From positions 38,555,729 through 38,619,728 of the forward strand of contig NC_052158.1 of NCBI RefSeq assembly GCF_902713615.1: 64,000 nucleotides of DNA, given 5' to 3'. The notes under the pieces are model-generated. The model worked only from the letters and a program-made list of their open reading frames with translations, was not told the DNA's origin and made no database searches. Positions 1 through 13,020 of this stretch are shown in pieces. The DNA is from Scyliorhinus canicula. Taxonomy: Eukaryota. The stretch's first letter is position 1. Each line of letters opens with the position of its first letter. The position numbers were made by a program, and so were the translations under genes.

Positions 1-1019
1 CGGCCAGGATTGGGAGGGTGCTTCTGCAGAGATGACGACAGGTTGGGGGGTGGGGGGCGGTGGTGGTGGGCCTCCCAAACTTGCTGGACTGTTATTGGGC
101 AGTTACTGCGAAGATGCAGGGCTGCAGCAAGGAGTGGGGTGTTCGGTGGGTAAGGATGGAGGCGGGCTCGTGCTGGGAGCTGAGATTGCGGGCACTGGCA
201 GAGGCGTCGTTTCCAATAACTCCAGGAAGGTGCTCGGTGGGCCCGGTGCTGGTGGCCACATTGACGATTTGGAGGCAGTTCATACAGTACGTTAAGCTGG
301 GGCCGGGTCAGGGGGGATGCCGATTATGGAGAATCATGGGTTCGAGCCCAGAGGGTGGATGCGAAGTTTCGGAGACGGGATGAGAGGGGGATCAAGGAAA
401 TGAAGGATCTGTTCCTTCGGGGCGATTCGCAAGCCGAGAGGAGTTGGGAGAACAGTATAGTTTGGTGGAGGGGAAAGGGTTTAGGTACCTGCAGGTTCGG
501 GACGTCACAAGAAAGGTTTCCCGACCTTCCCAATAGCGTTGGCCTATTCGTTGCTGAAGGTTGTGATGTCGGCAGGAGGGCTGGAGAGGGGGTTGTTTTG
601 GCGATCAATGGGATGATCCTGGCAAGGGGTAGGGTGTCTATAGATGGGATTAAGGCAAAGTGGGAGGAGGAGCTTGGGGGATGTTGGAAGAAGGACTGGG
701 ATGTGAGGTGTCACGCAGGGTGAATGCCCCGACCTCGTGTGTGAGGTTAGGGCTGATACAGCTGAAAGCCGTGCATAGGGCGCACCTCAGGAAATTAAGG
801 ATGAGCCGGTTGCTCGAGGGGTGGAGGGTGTCTGTGAGCGATGTGGGAGGGGGCTTGAGAACCATGTTCATATGCTTTGAACCTGCTCGAAGCTGGATAG
901 GTTTTCAAGGGTGGTATTCAGCACAATTTTGGGGGTCTTACATATTATTGTGGAGCCCAGTCCGCTAGAAGCCATATTCAGGGTGTCAGACCGGACTGAG
1001 CTGCAGGCGCAGTTGTCTT

Positions 1020-1182
1020 AATAATAGTAATTACTTATTGTCACAAGTAGACTTCACTGAAGTTGCTGTGAAAAGCCCCTAGTCGCCTGTTCAGGGAGCC
1101 CGGTGCGGGAATTGAACCCGTGCTGCTGGTCTTGTTCTGCATTACAAGCCAGCGGTTTAGCCCACTGTGCTAAACCAGCCCC
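1020..1182 (-). mobile_element. Short tRNA-derived SINE ('family A')
   Basis: Reverse strand reads GGGGCTGGTTTAGCACAGTGGGC (A box)..GGTTCAATTCC (B box)..GTGACAATAAG tail. Confidence 0.8.
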
Positions 1183-1470
1183 AGTAGCCTTCACCTCGCT
1201 GATCGCTCGTAGGCAGGTCTTACTGTGGTGGAAGTCAGTCTCTCCATCCTGTCCCTTGCTGTGGCGGGGGGACCTGCTGGGCTTTTTGACCCTGGGGAAG
1301 GTGAAGTTCGAGCTGAGGGGGGGTTGAATGATGTGTTCCACAATTGTTGGGGTTTGTTCATCATGCACTTTCGGAAGTTGGTCACCGTTGACTGTTGGGG
1401 GGGGGTGAATCGGGGTGGGGGGAGGATTGGGGGAGCTTTCTTGGATTTGAGTGGGATTGTTTTTTATATG

Positions 1471-1651
1471 AAATTAAATGAAAATCGCTTATTGTCACGA
1501 GTAGGCTTCAATGAAGTTACTGCGAAAAACCCCTAGTCGCCACATTCCAGCACCTGCCCGGGGAGGCTGGTACGGGAATCGAACCATGCTGCTGGCCTGC
1601 TTGGTTTGCTTTAAAAGCCAGCGGTTTAGCCTGGTGAGCTAAACCAGCCCC
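1471..1651 (-). mobile_element. Short tRNA-derived SINE (family A)
   Basis: Same ~180-nt consensus as the copies at 3478, 10071 and 25393; CATTT-type tail. Confidence 0.8.
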
Positions 1652-1774
1652 ATATTGTTGGGGTTGTTCTTTTTGTTTTTCTCTTGAATGGTGAAAACAG
1701 TGAAAAATTGTCAAATAAAAATATTTTTAAAAGATCACTTTGGCAGTCATACTGTACTTTGGAGTCTCTGGTCT

Positions 1775-2135
1775 GGTGGTAATGTCGCTGGACGAGGAAT
1801 TTTCAGGCCCTTGGGGTAATGCTTCTACAGCATGGGTTCAAATCCCACCATGGAAGCGTTGGAATTGAAATTCAATGAGTAAAATCTGGAATTGAAAAGC
1901 TAGTCTCAGTAATGGTGACCATGAAACTCTCATTGACTGTTGTGAAAGAAAAAGCCAAGTTCTCCTGAGTGAAGGAAATCTGCCATCCTGGCCGACATGT
2001 GATTCCAGAACCACAGCAATGTGGCTGACTGTTAACAGTCCTCTAAAATGGCCCAGCCAACCACTCAGTTCAAGGATAATTATGGATGGGCAACAAATGC
2101 TGGCAAGGCCAGTGACACCCACATCCCATGAAAGA
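1775..2135 (+). mobile_element. Deu-domain SINE (SacSINE1-like)
   Basis: tRNA-like head (GGTTCAAATCCC), Deu core (GGAAATCTGCCATCC..CACAGCAATGTGGCTGACT) and tail GATGGGCAACAAATGCTGGC. Confidence 0.7.
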
Positions 2136-2329
2136 AATCAAAAGATGGATTCAGAAAACCTTATGTTCTCAGGATCTAAAGTCGTAACTGTCATGGCTAA
2201 GGCCAGAAGGCAGTGAAGTGCCTCATCAGAGATAAGACCTTTATTGGATCAATGTCAGGCACTGAAGACAGAGTGGGAATGGGGTGAAGATTTAAAATGA
2301 CCAGAAGCTCAGTGGCCATGCGTGCAGGC

Positions 2330-2730
2330 TGAATGGACGTGTTGAGCGAAAGAAACATGGCCATTCGGCCCTTCAAACCTGCTCTGCCATTCATTATGAT
2401 CTTGGCTGATCATCCAGTTCAATAGCCTAATCCCGCCTCCCCCCAATATCCTTTGATTCCCTTCGCCCGAAGTGCTATATCTAACTCATTGAAAACAGGC
2501 AATGTTTTGGCCTCATCTACTTCCTGTGGTAACGAATTCCACAGGCTCACCACTCTCTGGGTGAAGAAATTTTTCCTCATCACAACCCTAAATGATCTAC
2601 CCCGTATCCTCAGACAGTGACCCTGGTTCTGGGCACCCCCACCGTCAGGAACATCCTTCTTCATCTACCCTGTCTAGTCCTGTTAGAATTTTAAATGTTT
2701 CTATGAGATCTCCCTTCATTCTTCTGACCC
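2330..2730 (-). mobile_element. CR1 LINE 3' fragment
   Basis: Minus-strand translation RKNFFTQRVVSLWNSLPQE, plus the CR1 3' tail (GGGCCGAATGGCC). Confidence 0.75.
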
Positions 2731-3049
2731 AGTCATTTATTGAATCTCCTCAATGTGGTGGAGAACATGTGGTGAGCAGCAAGTACGGTACAAAAAGATC
2801 ACGATGATGCTGGAAGTAATGACTATTTCAGCAGTGTTCAATGGTTAGATATCAAGATTCCTGTTTTACAATTGGCTAAAATAGAGAACTGCTGCATTAA
2901 TTGTTGTCAGGGCCGCTGAGGGAATGGAAGGAAATGGTGCAATCTGAAAATCTCGGCAGCACAGTCCTGAAAAATTGGCTGTACTACTGAGATTGAATAG
3001 TGTGGCCCTGGAATCAGTTAGGTATTGATATAAAACAATGAAGATACAG

Positions 3050-5540
3050 CAAGACAGTAAGATTAGTCTGGGGTTCAAACAGGGCAATGGGAGAGGGCAA
3101 GGCATTGGGATCGGTCTGGGATTAATACAGGGCTATGGGGCGACAGTAGGCCAATAGGATTATTCTAGGATTGATGCAGGTTTATGGGGAGAGGGCAGGG
3201 CAGCGGGATGAGTCTGGGAGTGATACAGGGCTATGGGGAGAGAGCAAGGCAGTGGGATTAGTCTGGGATTTGTACAGGGCTATACGTAGACAGCAAGACA
3301 GTGGGATTAGTTTGGGATTGATATTCAGCTGTGGGGAGAGTGTGAGCAGGGGGATTATTTGGGCATTTATTCAACTTCATGGGGAGAGACTGGGGCAATA
3401 GGAATCGTTTGAGATTGATCCAGTGCTATGGGGAGAGAGCCGGGCACTGAGATTAGATTGGGTTTTATACAGGGTTATGAAATAAATGAAATTCGCTTAT
3501 TGTCACAAGTAGGCTTCAAATGAAGTTACTGTGAAAAGCCCCTAGTTGCCACATTCCGGCGCCTGTTCGGGGAGGCTGATACGGGAATTGAACCGTGCTG
3601 CTGGCCTGCCTCGGTCTGCTTTAAAAGCCAGCGATTTAGCCCTGTGCTAAACAGTCCCAGAGTAGAGAGCAAGGCAGTGTGGTTATTTTGGGATTGATAC
3701 AGGGCCATGGGGAGAGAGTGAGTCAGTGGGAATATTCTGGGTTTCATACAGGGCTATGGGGGGAGAGCAAGGCAATGGGATTAGTTAGGGATTGAGACAG
3801 GATTTTGGAGACAGATTGTGACAGTAGGATTAGTTTGCAATTAATGCAGGGCTATGGTGAGAGAGTGGGGTAGTGGGTTTAGTTTGGGAGTAATACAGGG
3901 CTATGGGGAGAGGGTGGGGCAGTGGGATTAGTTTTGGATTGCTACAGGCTATGGGGAGAGAGTGGGGCAGTGGGATTAGTTTGGGATTGCTGCAGGCTAT
4001 GGGGAGAGAGTGGGGCAGTGGGATTAGTTTGGGATTGCTACAGGCTATGGGGAGAGAGTGGGGCAGTAGGATTAGTTTGGGATTGCTACAGGCTATGGGG
4101 AGAGGGTGGGGCAGTGGGATTAGTTTGGGATTGATACAGGGCTATGGGGAGAGGGCGGGGCAGTGGGATTAGTTTGGGATTGATACAGGGCTATGGGGAG
4201 AGAGTGGGGCAGTGGGATTAGTTTGGGATTGATACAGGGCTATGGGGAGAGGGCGGGGCAGTGGGATTAGTTTTGGATTGCTACAGGCTATGGGGAGAGA
4301 GTGGGACAGTGGGATTAGTTTTGGATTGCTACAGGCTATGGGGAGAGAGTGGGACAGTGGGATTGGTTGGGTCTGGTACAGGGCTATGGGGGAGAGTGGG
4401 GTAGTGGGATTGTTTGGGATTGCTACAATGCTATGGGGAGAGAGTGGGACAGTGGGATTAGTTTGGGATTGATACAGGGCTCTGGGGGAGAGTGGGGTAG
4501 TGGGATTAGTTTGGGATTGATACAGGGCTATGGGGAGAGGGCGGGGCAGTGGGATTAGTTTTGGATTGCTACAGGCTATGGGGAGAGAGTGGGACAGTGG
4601 GATTAGTTTTGGATTGCTACAGGCTATGGGGAGAGAGTGGGACAGTGGGATTGGTTGGGTCTGGTACAGGGCTATGGGGGAGAGTGGGGTAGTGGGATTG
4701 TTTGGGGTTGCTACAATACTATGGGGAGAGAGTGGGACAGTGGGATTGGTTGGGTTTGGTACAGGGCTATGGGGGAGAGTGGGGTAGTGGGATTAGTTTT
4801 GGATTGCTACAGGCTATGGGGAGAGAGTGGGACAGTGGGATTGGTTGGGTCTGGTACAGGGCTATGGGGAAGAGTGGGGTAGTGGGATTGTTTGGGGTTG
4901 CTACAATGCTATGGGGAGAGAGGGCGCAATGGGAATGGTTTGCAATTGATACAGAGATATGGGGGAGAGTGGGGTAGTGGGATTGTTTGGGGTTGCTACA
5001 ATGCTATGGGGAGAGAGTGGGACAGTGGGATTGGTTGGGTTTGGTACAGGGCTATGGGGGAGAGTGGGGTAGTGGGATTAGTTTGGGAGTAATGCAGGGC
5101 TATGGGGAGAGGGCGGGGCAGTGGGATTAGTTTTGGATTGCTACAGACTATGGGAAGAGAGTGGGGCAGTGGGATTAGTTTGGGATTGATACAGGGCTAT
5201 GGGGAGAAGGCGGGGCAGTGGGATTAATTTTGGATTGCTCCAGGCTATGGGGAGAGAGTGGGACAGTGGGTTTGGTTGGGTTTGGTACAGGGCTATGGGG
5301 GAGAGTGGGGTAGTGGGATTGTTTGGGGTTGCTACAATGCTATGGGGAGAGAGTGGGACAGTGGGATTGGTTGGGTTTGGTACAGGGCTATGGGGGAGAG
5401 TGGGGTAGTGGGATTGTTTGGGGTTGCTACAATGCTATGGGGAGAGAGGGCGCAATGGGAATGGTTTGCAATTGATACAGAGATATGGGGAGAGAGTGGG
5501 GAATGTGTGGTTAGTTTGGATTGCTGCAAGGTTATCAGGT
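3050..5540 (+). repeat. 49-bp G-rich minisatellite array 1
   Basis: Unit GGGCTATGGGGAGAGAGTGGGGCAGTGGGATTAGTTTGGGATTG(A/G/C)TACA. Variant units recur with a 288-nt period (4242 vs 4530; 4349 vs 4637). Confidence 0.95.
3478..3655 (-). mobile_element. Family A SINE inserted in the minisatellite
   Basis: Matches the family A consensus; the array continues on both sides. Confidence 0.8.
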
Positions 5541-6520
5541 GAAAGCAAGGAAAGCCGATTGGGATTGATACCAGGCTACTGACTGCGACCAAGGCCATGG
5601 ATTAGTTTGGTATTGATACAAGGCTATGGAGATACAGTGAGGCAGTGGGTTCATAAAATCATAAGGCATCGGGGCAGAATTAGGCCACTCGGCCCATCGA
5701 GTCTGCTCCGCCATTCAATCATGGCTGATATAATCAGAAGCATAAAATCCTTTCAGTGCAGGGGAGGCCATTCATCAGCACTGACTCTCTGTAAAAGCAC
5801 TCTACCTAGGCCCAATCCACTGTCTTATCCCTGTAACCGCACCCACCCTTTGGATACTAAGGGGCAATTTAGCATGGCCACTCCACCTGACCTGCACATC
5901 TGTGGTTGGAAATCAGAGCACCCACAGGAAACCCACGCAGACACGGGGAGAACATGCAAACATCCAAAACAGTCGGCAGATGTGCAGGTTAGGTGGATTA
6001 ACCATGCTAAATTTCCCCTTGGTGCCCAAAAAGATTAGGTGGGGTTACGGGAATCTGGTGGAAATCGGGTGCACTTTCCAAGGGCAGGTGTGGACTCAAT
6101 GGGCCGACTGGCCTCCTTCCGCACGGTAGGGATTCTATGATTCACACCCAAGTCACCCAAGGTCAGAATCAAACCCGGGACCCTGGCACTGTGAGGCAGC
6201 AGTGCTAACCACTGTGCTACCATAATGCCTTTGGGATTGGGATTGATGCTGGGTTACAGAGAGACCACGTCGGGGAGGCTATATTAGAATCAATTCAGAG
6301 CTATGGGAAGAGAGCGGAGCGGCACAGCATGGCATAGGGCAGCATGGTGACACAGAGGTTAGAACGACGCTCTATGCTGCTCTGCTTATATCGTATTTGC
6401 TTTGTTATTTTTCCCTTGTTCCATACTGTAACTAATTATTTATTTGTCGATGTACTGTGTACTTTTTCACATTCACTGTAACTATCTACTTTTTTTGTCA
6501 ACTGTGTACGTACTGTGTAT

Positions 6521-6876
6521 CATAGAATCATAGAATTTACAGTGCAGAAGGAGGCCATTCAGCCCATCGAGTCTGCACCGGCTCTTGGAAAGAGCACCCT
6601 ACCCAAGGTCAACAACTCCACCCTATCCCCATAACCCCATAACCCAGTAACCCCACCCAACACTAAGGGCAATTTTGGACTCTAAGGTCAATTTATCATG
6701 GCCAATCCACCTAACCTGCACATATTTGGACTGTGGGAGGAAACCGGAGCACCCGGAGGAAACCCACGCACACACGGGGAGGATGTGCAGATTCCGCACA
6801 GACAGTGACCCAAGCCGGAACCGAACCTGGGACCCTGGAGCTGTGAAGCGATTGTGCTATCCACAATGCTACCGTG
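6521..6876 (-). mobile_element. HE1-like V-SINE with CR1-type tail
   Basis: V-domain (GGTTTCCTCCGGGTGCTCCGGTTTCCTCCCACAGTCC..GGTTAGGTGGATTGGCCATG) and a (TTCTATGA)n tail on the minus strand. Confidence 0.85.
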
Positions 6877-6949
6877 TACGTTTCCTTGGCCGCCGAAAAA
6901 TATTTTTCATTGTACTTCAGTCCATGTGACAATAAATAAATCACTCAAT

Positions 6950-7250
6950 CGATCACTATTGCCTCATAACGCCAGGGACCTGGGTTTGATTCCAACCTCA
7001 GGTGAATGGAGTTTGCCAATGCTTCCTGTGACTGTGTGGGTTTCCTCCGAGTGCTCCAGTTTTCTTTCACAGTCCAAAGATGTGCAGGTTAGGTGGATTG
7101 GCCATGGTAAATTGCTCCTTTGTGTCCAAAGGTTAGATGGGGTTACGGGAATAGGGCAGGGAGCTGGGCCGAGGTGGGGTGATCTTTCAGAGGGTTGGCG
7201 CAGAATCGATGGGCCGAATGACCTGCTTCTGCATTGTAGGGGTTCTATGA
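6950..7250 (+). mobile_element. V-SINE with CR1-type tail (diverged)
   Basis: V-domain and GATGGGCCGAATG..TTCTATG tail. Confidence 0.75.
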
Positions 7251-7292
7251 TTTTATTCTTGGCTCTCCACTCTGCAACTGGATCCTCGATTT

Positions 7293-7460
7293 TCTTTTTT
7301 TAAATAAATTTAGAGTACCCAATTATTTTTTCCAATTAAGGGGCAATTTAACGTGGTAAATCCACCTATCCTGCACATCTTTGGGTTGCGGGGCGAAACC
7401 CACACAGACACGGGGAGAATGTGCAAACTCCAGACAGTGACCCAGGGCCGGGATCCTCGA
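7293..7460 (-). mobile_element. Poly(A)-type V-SINE fragment
   Basis: Reverse complement of ..AATTGCCCCTTAATTGGAAAAAATAATTGGGTACTCTAAATTTA(n). Confidence 0.75.
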
Positions 7461-7484
7461 TTTTCTGACCAACAGACCACAATC

Positions 7485-8518
7485 AGTAAGAATGAACAAC
7501 AACACCTCCTCCACAATAGTCCTCAATACCGGGGCCCCGCAAAGCTGCGTACTTAGCCCCCTACTCTACTCCCTGTACACACACGACTACGTGGCAAAAC
7601 TTGGTTCCAACTTCATCTGAAAGTTTGCTGACGATACGACCAAAGTGGGCCGGATCTCGAATAACGACAAGTCAGAGTACAGGAGGGAGATAGAGAACCT
7701 AGTGGAGTGGTGTAACAGCAACAATCCCTTCCTCAATGCCAGCAAAACTAAAGAGCTGGTCATTGACTTCAGGAAGCAAAGTACTGTACTCACCCCAGTC
7801 AGCATCAATGGGGCCGAGATGGAAATGGTTAGCAGTTTCAAATTCCTAGGGGTGCACATCTCCAAAAATCTATCCTGGTCCACCCATGTCGACGCAATCA
7901 CCAAGAAAGCACAACAGCGCCTATACTTCCTCAGGAAACTAAGGAAATTCGGCATGTCCACATTGACCCTTACCAACTTTTATAGATGCACCATAGAAAG
8001 CATCCTATTGGGCTACATCACAGCCTGGTATGGCAACTGCTTGGCTCAAGACCGTAAGAAACTTCAGAGAGTCGTGAACACCGCCCAGTCCATCACACGA
8101 ACCTGCCTCCCATCCATTGACTCCATCTACACCTCCCACTGCCTGGGGAAAGCAGGCAGCATAATCAAAGACCCCTCCCACCCGGCTTACTCACTCTTCC
8201 AACTTCTTCCATCGGGCAGGAGATACAGAAGTCTGAGAACACGCAGGAACAGACTCAAAAAAAGCTTCTTCCCCACTGTCACCAGACTCCTAAATGACCC
8301 TCTTATGGACTGACCTCATTAACGCTCCACCCTGTATGCTTCATCCAATGCCAGTGCTTACGTAGTTACATTATATATCTTGTGTTGCCCTATTATGTAT
8401 TTTCTTTTATTCCCTTTTCTTCCCATGTACTGAATGATCTGTTGAGCCGCTCGCAGAAAAATACTTTTCACTGTACCTCGGTACACGTGACAATAAACAA
8501 ATCAAATCCAATCCAACT
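7485..8518 (+). mobile_element. Rex1/Babar-type LINE, RT C-terminal half and 3' UTR
   Basis: [18 protein letters not shown] motif, then the 222-aa ORF 7645-8313 (NASKTKELVIDFRK, FKFLGVHI, KKAQQRLYFLRKL, PSGRRYRS). Ends GTGACAATAAAC(AAATC)n. Confidence 0.85.
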
Positions 8519-9726
8519 CTACGATTCATTTGATTAGTTTAGGATTGACACAAATCTATGGGAAGAGAGCATGGCAGTGGGGTTAGTTTGGGAACCAGGG
8601 CTGAGTGGAGCAGGATTAGCACAGGGATAAGGGTGGGACATTGCGATGAATTTGCTCGGTCTCAGTCTCAAATGTTATTTTCGGATATCACAAATTACAG
8701 ATTACAGATTAAACTGTGCGCCTGTCTCAATGTATCTGACTTTTGTTGAATTCAGGAATAGAGTTGGAAATCAGACAAATCTGAATGAAAACCATTTTCT
8801 GAATTTAAATTTCTTAACGTTTCTACAGTTGATCACAGTGCGCTATTCATGTGTGGTTTATCGATGTTCTGTATTTTGATCCCATCTGGAGTCCCATGTG
8901 AAGTTGTGCCACGGGTTGAACAAAAGGCAGTGTGCATAGTCTCTCCAGACAGTCTGAGTCACTCAACCAGTTCAGCCACTTCTCTCCCGGGTGTCTGTTT
9001 TGAATTTCAATGGGACACAGTAATAGGTAGGGCGGGACCTGCATTGAGTTACACATCATCCCGTCCCTCCTTTCTCGCCGTCCTCCCAAATAACCCTAAA
9101 GATCTGTCCCCTCCTCAATCTCGATTATCCAGCCCTTGTTCCTGAGGCAGAAATGGCTACTCTCTTAACTGAACCTTTGAACGCCCCTTGTTTTACTACG
9201 CGTGTTAACCTTTGATTCTCTTTAATCTTACTTTGAACGTACCCTTTTTAGCCTGTTTTAACACGCCAGGGCCACTATTATCTTGCCCTGAAGCACTGTG
9301 AACAGATGCTGTTTACCGCAGATTAGCAGTTAATTATTTCCATCCTCATATATGACAGCGGCAGCCCACATCCTCCACTTTCCAATAACTGTGGCTATTC
9401 AACTCTTTCCATGCAGGTCCACATTACAGAAACTTCAATTAATTCAACATAGCTTGGGAAAACGTAGCAAACTTAAATAGAAAAGAGTATATTTGTAATT
9501 GAAGTTAGTACCCAACATGTACAATCCCGGTCACTATTATGAAAAGGATACAGAGGCAATAGAAAGAGGTGCAGGGAAAGGTTACAAGGATGATACCAGA
9601 ACTGCATGGGTATACATATCAGACAAGTTCTGTACATGGTGTGGGTCTTGTCCATTCCTCACTCCTGCGCTGTGACAATCACGTGAGCCATTTTCTGATT
9701 CATCTAGAGGTCAAAAATGGATCGTA

Positions 9727-9921
9727 AGGCAGCGCGGTGGTGCTGTGGTTAGCATTGCTGCCTCACGGCGCCGAGGTCCCAGGTTCGATCCTCGCTCTGG
9801 GTCACTGTCCGCGTGGAGTTTGCACATTCTCCCTGTGTTTGTGTGGGTTTCCCCCACAACCCATGCTAAATTGCCCCTTAATTGGAAAAATGAATTGGGT
9901 ACTCTAAATTTATTTTTTTTA
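9727..9921 (+). mobile_element. Poly(A)-type V-SINE
   Basis: tRNA head GGCAGCGCGGTGG..GGTTCGATCC, V-domain and A/T-rich tail. Confidence 0.8.
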
Positions 9922-10070
9922 AATGAATCATGTTCACAGGAACTCAATGTACAAACCTTGAGATAAAGGGGGATAAAACATGCCCAACATTAGCCGAATC
10001 CTGATGACCATCTTTGTAAATGGCTACATCAAGCTGTACATAAACCCTCAGTGCACAAACACCAAGTGAA

Positions 10071-10385
10071 TGAAATGAAATGAAAATCGCTTATTGTCAC
10101 GAGTAGGCTTCAATGAAGTCACTGAAAAGCCCCTAGTCGCCACATTCCGGCGCCTGTTCGGGGAGGCTGGTAAGGGAATTGAACTGTGCTGCTGGCCTGC
10201 CTTGGTCTGCTTTAAAAGCCAGCGATTTAGCCCAGTGTGCTAAACCAGCCCCAGTAAGTGAAAATCTCTTATTGTCATGAATGGGCTTCAATCAAGTTAC
10301 TGTGAAAAGCCCCGAGTCGCCACATTCCGGCGCCTGTTCAGGGAAGCTGGTACGGGAATTGAACCGTGCTGCTGGCCTGCCTTGG
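10071..10385 (-). mobile_element. Two tandem family A SINEs (second one 5'-truncated)
   Basis: (TGAAA)n tail, then the consensus present twice (10071-10253 and 10258-10385). Confidence 0.8.
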
Positions 10386-10389
10386 TCAC

Positions 10390-12160
10390 CATGTGCTGAG
10401 GTTTGACCTGACTCCAGTGTTGCATATGATGAGTCTGACCTCGCTACCGTGGAACGCTTCAAGTAGTCGGACCGTGCCCATCCACCTATCCCTCATGGAA
10501 AAATATATGCACAATTGAACCACAAATCTATCAGGCAGTGGTGTAGCCACTGTAGCCACCTAAAATGGACACTGAACCAAACAAAATGGAGAATCGCTAA
10601 GACTGTAGGGAAAAACAGTTTAGCCAAGGCAAACAGCCTGCAAACACTCATTAGCATTTTGCAAGCAGCAAAACCAGTTTCTGGCCAGGTGGAAGATCTC
10701 CAACCAACGGTGATAATGGCAGAACGTTCTACATACTAATGAGGCAGTCCAGATCTAGGCACACACAATGGCAACATTTGGGTTTGAATAAGATACTTTA
10801 AGTGGATGTCCAGACAGAGCGGCACCAGAAGTATCCACTATAGAAACCGCCCCCACCATCGAGAAAGACCCTTACATTGGAGGAATTCAAAAGATATCGA
10901 TTGGAAGCTATCCAATCGCTACCTAGAGGTAAAGCCCGCCCAAGAAGAGGGAAGGACATTGGGGACCCCTATAAATATAGACCCCCACACATGGTCCTGT
11001 CTGTTGTTTCGTGCTCCGGCTTTGACCAAGAACTCCATCCTGTATCTTGACTCCAGCCGTTGAGCACCAGCCGCCGAACCGTAAGTGCCAGTACGACGCT
11101 CGCTACGCGAACCAAGCCCGCTAGACCCCCAGTGACCAGCACGCTTTCTGAAGGTTGCAGCCCAAGACCGGGACGAAGGCCTCGCTCCCTGACCTTGCCT
11201 GTTCCTGTGTAGTTAAGTATTCTGTTTGCTTAGTTTAGTCATAGCTTAGTCCCTTAGGGTGTGCATGCGTATTTATTATAATTGTATAATAAATATTGAT
11301 CGTTTGGAACTTACTAATCGGTGTATCATTTTATTACTTTGAACTTGACCTTGGAATATATGTGAGTTGTCTATATGGCAACTGGCGACTCCTGAGCTGA
11401 AAAATACATAAGACAGAGCCTAGTGGTGTTAAGCACACGGCCTTTAACACAGGCAAGTTAATACACCCCAATAAACGCGTTTTACACTCATAGCAAAACG
11501 TGCAACAGTGGTCTGAAAATAACGTCCTAGAGATCCTATTGGAAAAGGAGATGGTGGATCCAGTTGCATGTTTCTCTGAGCAGACTGTCAAGGTCATTTG
11601 GCAGAATACCTCATCACCAGAACTTTCAAACAAGCACAAAGACCTATCTTGGCTGGTGGTGAGAAAGGTGCTCCCCGTCAGATCCTTCCCATATGCCTGT
11701 TATCTCACCCGATCCGCATGTTGTCCTCGAGGAGACTGTGTTGGGGAAGCGCCCATTGTCCACCTCCTGTGGAATGTGCTTCTGCAAAGAAGGTCTGGAG
11801 AGAGATGAGATGGTTTTTGTCGCGGTTCATTTTGAGCAATTCAGTGATGCAGGACTCTGTGCTCTGGGGACACACACTGAGACATCAACTGTTTCTGGAG
11901 GAACATGAACTCGGTGAAAGACACTCTTTGTTCTGAAACTTCGTGGTTTTCCTGTGCAAAGAATTGTCCGCAACTAAATGTTGCGTACTGACACATTCCA
12001 AAGCCTAGGACTACATCCTGAGGGATGCACTGAAGCTTGGAGCAGCCGCTGTAGAGACACAGTGGGGGAAGGTCACTATCTGAGGCCTTTCGGCCATAGT
12101 GAACTGAGGGGAGGGGTATTGTGCAGAACACTCGGGCTCCATGGGTCACACTGAAAGCAG
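10390..12160 (+). mobile_element. Tx1-like (L1 clade) LINE ORF2 C-terminus, split by a solo LTR
   Basis: HKSIRQW|SENNVLEILLEKEMVDPV..VIWQN.SSPELSNKHKDL.WLVVRK.LPVRSF..CPRG.C..HLL..C. The frame is restored when 10542-11511 is removed. Confidence 0.8.
10542..11507 (+). mobile_element. Solo LTR (966 bp), ERV- or Gypsy-type
   Basis: TGTAGC..GCAACA termini; 4-bp TSD GTGG (10538-10541, 11508-11511). CCAAT boxes at 10876-10916, TATAAAT at 10970, AATAAA at 11288 and 11470. Confidence 0.85.
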
Positions 12161-12164
12161 ACAT

Positions 12165-12330
12165 CCTAGGATGCTAAAGAAAGTGGCAGCAGAGATAGTG
12201 TATCTGTTGGTTATAATATTCCAAATTTCCCTGGACATAGGAACGGTTCCAGTGGATTGGAAAAATGCTAATGTAACGAACATCCTTATTAAAAAGGGAG
12301 GCAAAATGTAGGAAATTACAGACTAGCTAG
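12165..12330 (+). mobile_element. CR1 LINE RT fragment
   Basis: Encodes a PRMLK.VAAEIV..DWKNANVT-like segment. Confidence 0.6.
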
Positions 12331-12769
12331 TTTAGAGAGCTTAAAGTGGGTCGGTGCAGTCTCGATGGGCCAAATGGCCTCATTCTGCACTGTATGTTCT
12401 ATGCGCAGGTTAGGTGGGGTTATGGGATTATGGGGATAGGGCGGGGGAGTGGGCCTAGGTCGGGTACTCTTTCAGAGGACCGGTGCAAACTCGATGGGCC
12501 GAATGGCATCCTTCTGCACTGTAGGAATTCTATGGTTCTAAGTGAGTGAACATGTACATATTGTAAGAAGTGTGTGGATGCAGCATGGAGCTGAGAGCTA
12601 ATTGTAAGAGGTATGGATGCCATGCGGTGTTATGGACAATCAAAAGGAATTTCCATAATATCTCAGTATTGTAACAAATTCCAGACTTGGCAAGGGTAAA
12701 GTTGCAGGAAAGGGCTCAGTTTCTGCCAGTTTTACTGCCCTTTCAGGATATTACACAAGATTCAGGGGG

Positions 12770-13020
12770 AGACAGTGGTGTTGTGATATTGTCAGTTGAT
12801 AAATCTGGAATTGAATGTTCGTCAAATACCGATTACCGTTAAAAAAAAACTGGCTCACTAAGTTGCCATCCTTACCTGGTTGGCCGAGCTGTAACCAGAC
12901 CCACAGCAATATGGGTGACTCTTGACTGCTTTCTGAAATAGCCTAGCAGGGAACTCAGTTTAAGCGCAAGTAGAGATGGGCAACAAATGCCAGCTTTGCC
13001 AGTGCTGACCACATCCCAGG
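12770..13020 (+). mobile_element. Deu-domain SINE (diverged)
   Basis: CCATCCTTACCTGG..CCCACAGCAAT..GATGGGCAACAAATGCC. Confidence 0.6.

Larger units (their letters stand above)
1..1732 (+). mobile_element. Degraded L1-clade LINE (ORF2 C-terminus and 3' UTR), interrupted by two SINEs
   Basis: Frameshifted motifs GLPNLL.CYWAV, KWEEELG, RLGLIQLK.VHRAHL, Cys/His region, and SLIARRQVLLWWKS. AT-rich 3' end with AATAAA near 1713. Confidence 0.75.

Noticed and set aside
7645-8313. 222-aa ORF as a host gene
   Set aside because: It is the C-terminal part of a 5'-truncated Rex1-type LINE ORF.
8829-9026. Candidate non-coding exon (tttctacag| .. |gtaggg) upstream of TRIM
   Set aside because: Only generic splice-like signals, with no ORF or other support; ISRE placement argues for a proximal TSS.
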